Positions 25,140 to 26,947 of a DNA stretch of 26,947 nucleotides are shown one piece after another (the stretch's first letter is position 1; the number at the start of each line of letters is the position of its first letter). Below the pieces are notes generated by a model. That model was not told where the DNA came from, made no database searches, and saw only the letters and a list, made by a program, of their open reading frames with translations. Position numbers and translations under genes: made by a program. This DNA is from Pseudomonadota bacterium (GTDB lineage: Bacteria; Bdellovibrionota; FAC87; UBA2466): assembly GCA_043767805.1 (NCBI GenBank), contig JAYUGC010000130.1:1-26947 (forward strand), in the 5' to 3' direction.

Positions 25140-26870
25140 TCAAGCCTCCTTAACGTTCTGGGGCATAACCTTGTGAGTCTGCTCGTTGTACATGTAGGGA
25201 TCCCGGAAGACTTCCACGGGATGTGCGAAGTTTCCATGAGGCGGAGGCGTGGGGGTTGCCCATTCCAGCGTCGACGCGTCCCAGGGATTGTCGTTCTCGA
25301 CTTTTTTGCCGGTCTTCCAAGCCGTCGCCATGTTCCAGATGAAAGGAATCTGGAAAACCGCCAGACCCCAGGCGCCGTAGGACATGATGACTTGCCAGTA
25401 CTGGCTGACCGCTCCGTGCGCGTATACTGTCTGGTCGTACAAGCGGCGCGAGACGCCGTTCATTCCGAGAAAGAACATCGGGAAGAAGATGAAGTTGATC
25501 GACACGAACGAGCCCCAGAAGTGGAGCTTGCCGAGCGCGTAGCTCATGTGGCGGCCGGACATCTTCGGGTACCAGTGATACACCCCCGCCATGAGCGCAA
25601 ACAGCGTTCCGGGCGCGACCACGTAATGGAAGTGACCGATGACGTAATAGGTATCGTGCAAGTGAATGTCGGACGCCGCGAGCCCGAGAGGCAATCCGGT
25701 CAAGCCGCCGATGGCGAACATCGGCATCCAAGCCAAAGCAAAGAGCATCGGCACCGAGAAGCGGATGCTCGCTCCCCAGAGGCTCAAGAGGAACGTTGTC
25801 AGCACGATGACCGACGGGATCGAGATGATCAGCGTCGTCGTTTGGAAGAACGTGCTGAGGGTCGTTCCCATGCCCGTCATGAACATGTGATGCGCCCAAA
25901 CCATGAAGGACATGAAGCCGAGAAAGATCATCGAGTACACGAGCGTCTTGTAGCCGTAGATGGGCTTACGCAAGTTGACCGAGAGAATTTCCGCGACGAT
26001 GCCGATTCCCGGAAGAATCAGTACGTACACTTCAGGGTGAGCGAGGAACCAGAAAAGATGCTGCCAGAGAAGCGGGTTACCGCCGCCCGACACTTTCAAG
26101 ACTTCGCCGCTGACCACAAGGCCGCTCGGCAAGAAGAAGCTAGAGCCGGCAACGCGATCCATCAGCTGCAACACGGACGCCGCTTCGAGAGGCGGGAACG
26201 CGAGGAGTAGAAGGAACGAGGTCACCAGCTGCGCCCACACGTGCGCCGGCAGGCGCGCCATGGTCATGCCCGGGACTCGAAGCTGAAAGATCGTTACGAT
26301 GATGTTGATGGAGCCGAGTAACGACGAGGTAATCAGAAACACCATCGCCACGAGCCAAGTCGTCTGCGCGTTGTTGGCGATATCGGAAAGAGGCGGATAA
26401 GACGTCCAGCCGGAGGCGGCCGCGCCGCCCGGCATGAGAAAGCTCGACATCATGATGACGCCGCCAACGAAATACACCCAGTAGCTCATCATGTTGAGCT
26501 TCGGGAAGGCCATGTCGCCCGCGCCCACTTGAAGGGGAACCAGGTAGTTACCGTAGGCTCCGACCGCCATGGGCACGACGCCCAAGAAGATCATGATCGT
26601 ACCGTGCATGGCGCCGAGCTGGTTGTAGAAGTCGGGCGTCATCACGCCGTCGTTGAACATGGAGTCGGTGAACCATTTGCCGATGACCGGAAGCGCTTGT
26701 CCCGGATACGCCAGCTGCCAGCGCATCAAAAGCATGAAGCAGAAGCCAAGCAGCAGGAACGCCGACGCGGTGATGCCGTACTGGATGCCGATCCACTTAT
26801 GGTCGGTCGAGAAAATGTACTTCTTCCAAAAAGGAAGCTCGTGGGTGTCGTGTCCGTGTGCGGTGCTCAT
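25140..26870 (-). CDS. ctaD: Cytochrome c oxidase subunit I (heme-copper oxidase, A1 type)
   Basis: STDHKWIG, MHGTIMIF, GWTSYPPLS, WFLAHPEVY, VWAHHMF and HDTYYVIGHFHY. Confidence 0.97.
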   Translation of the reverse strand: MSTAHGHDTHELPFWKKYIFSTDHKWIGIQYGITASAFLLLGFCFMLLMRWQLAYPGQALPVIGKWFTDSMFNDGVMTPDFYNQLGAMHGTIMIFLGVVPMAVGAYGNYLVPLQVGAGDMAFPKLNMMSYWVYFVGGVIMMSSFLMPGGAAASGWTSYPPLSDIANNAQTTWLVAMVFLITSSLLGSINIIVTIFQLRVPGMTMARLPAHVWAQLVTSFLLLLAFPPLEAASVLQLMDRVAGSSFFLPSGLVVSGEVLKVSGGGNPLLWQHLFWFLAHPEVYVLILPGIGIVAEILSVNLRKPIYGYKTLVYSMIFLGFMSFMVWAHHMFMTGMGTTLSTFFQTTTLIISIPSVIVLTTFLLSLWGASIRFSVPMLFALAWMPMFAIGGLTGLPLGLAASDIHLHDTYYVIGHFHYVVAPGTLFALMAGVYHWYPKMSGRHMSYALGKLHFWGSFVSINFIFFPMFFLGMNGVSRRLYDQTVYAHGAVSQYWQVIMSYGAWGLAVFQIPFIWNMATAWKTGKKVENDNPWDASTLEWATPTPPPHGNFAHPVEVFRDPYMYNEQTHKVMPQNVKEA

Positions 26871-26871
26871 T

Positions 26872-26946
26872 TCATTCCTCTGTTTTCACTTCGGGGGTCG
26901 TGTGGAAGTCCGCGCCCTGAATCTCGGGGGCGGGAGCGGTTTCGGC
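26872..26946 (-). CDS. 3' end of an upstream gene, probably oxidase subunit II (partial)
   Basis: Open frame ...AETAPAPEIQGADFHTTPEVKTEE* ends 1 nt before the subunit I ATG. Identity is inferred from gene order only. Confidence 0.5.
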   Translation of the reverse strand, partial: AETAPAPEIQGADFHTTPEVKTEE

Positions 26947-26947
26947 G

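Noticed and set aside
25173..26210. 345-aa plus-strand ORF
   Set aside because: Antisense to oxidase subunit I.

Overview
GC-rich bacterial chromosomal window, mostly core genome. The short 277-aa flagellin (MGLRINTN...), the TPR-plus-winged-helix regulator, tRNA-Arg(UCG) and several secreted hydrolases suggest a Bdellovibrionota or deltaproteobacteria-like organism (inference only). In order, it holds: a secreted hypothetical protein, a thermonuclease, a PaaI thioesterase, tRNA-Arg(TCG), plsY with a thioredoxin-TPR gene, a soluble histidine kinase flanked by two degenerate receiver domains, a secreted hypothetical protein, a truncated SGNH-like gene, the icd-mdh-sucC-sucD-ndk operon, pterin dehydratase, an HtrA protease, a membrane protein, a flagellin operon (fliC, membrane coiled-coil protein, CheD-like/pseudo-receiver fusion), stand-alone CoaB, a sigma54 activator with no input domain, an M14 carboxypeptidase, the TPR-wHTH regulator with a secreted protein, a SecDF-P1-head-like protein, a frameshifted YbaN gene and the distal part of an A1-type cytochrome c oxidase operon. 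I found no integrase, transposase, CRISPR array or rRNA. The most notable non-coding signals are a 135-bp fully palindromic element at 18805-18939 (35-bp terminal inverted repeat, 1 mismatch) and a flagellin 5' leader made of tandem GGA-loop hairpins resembling CsrA sites. Protein calls rest on motif recognition by eye; no database search was run.
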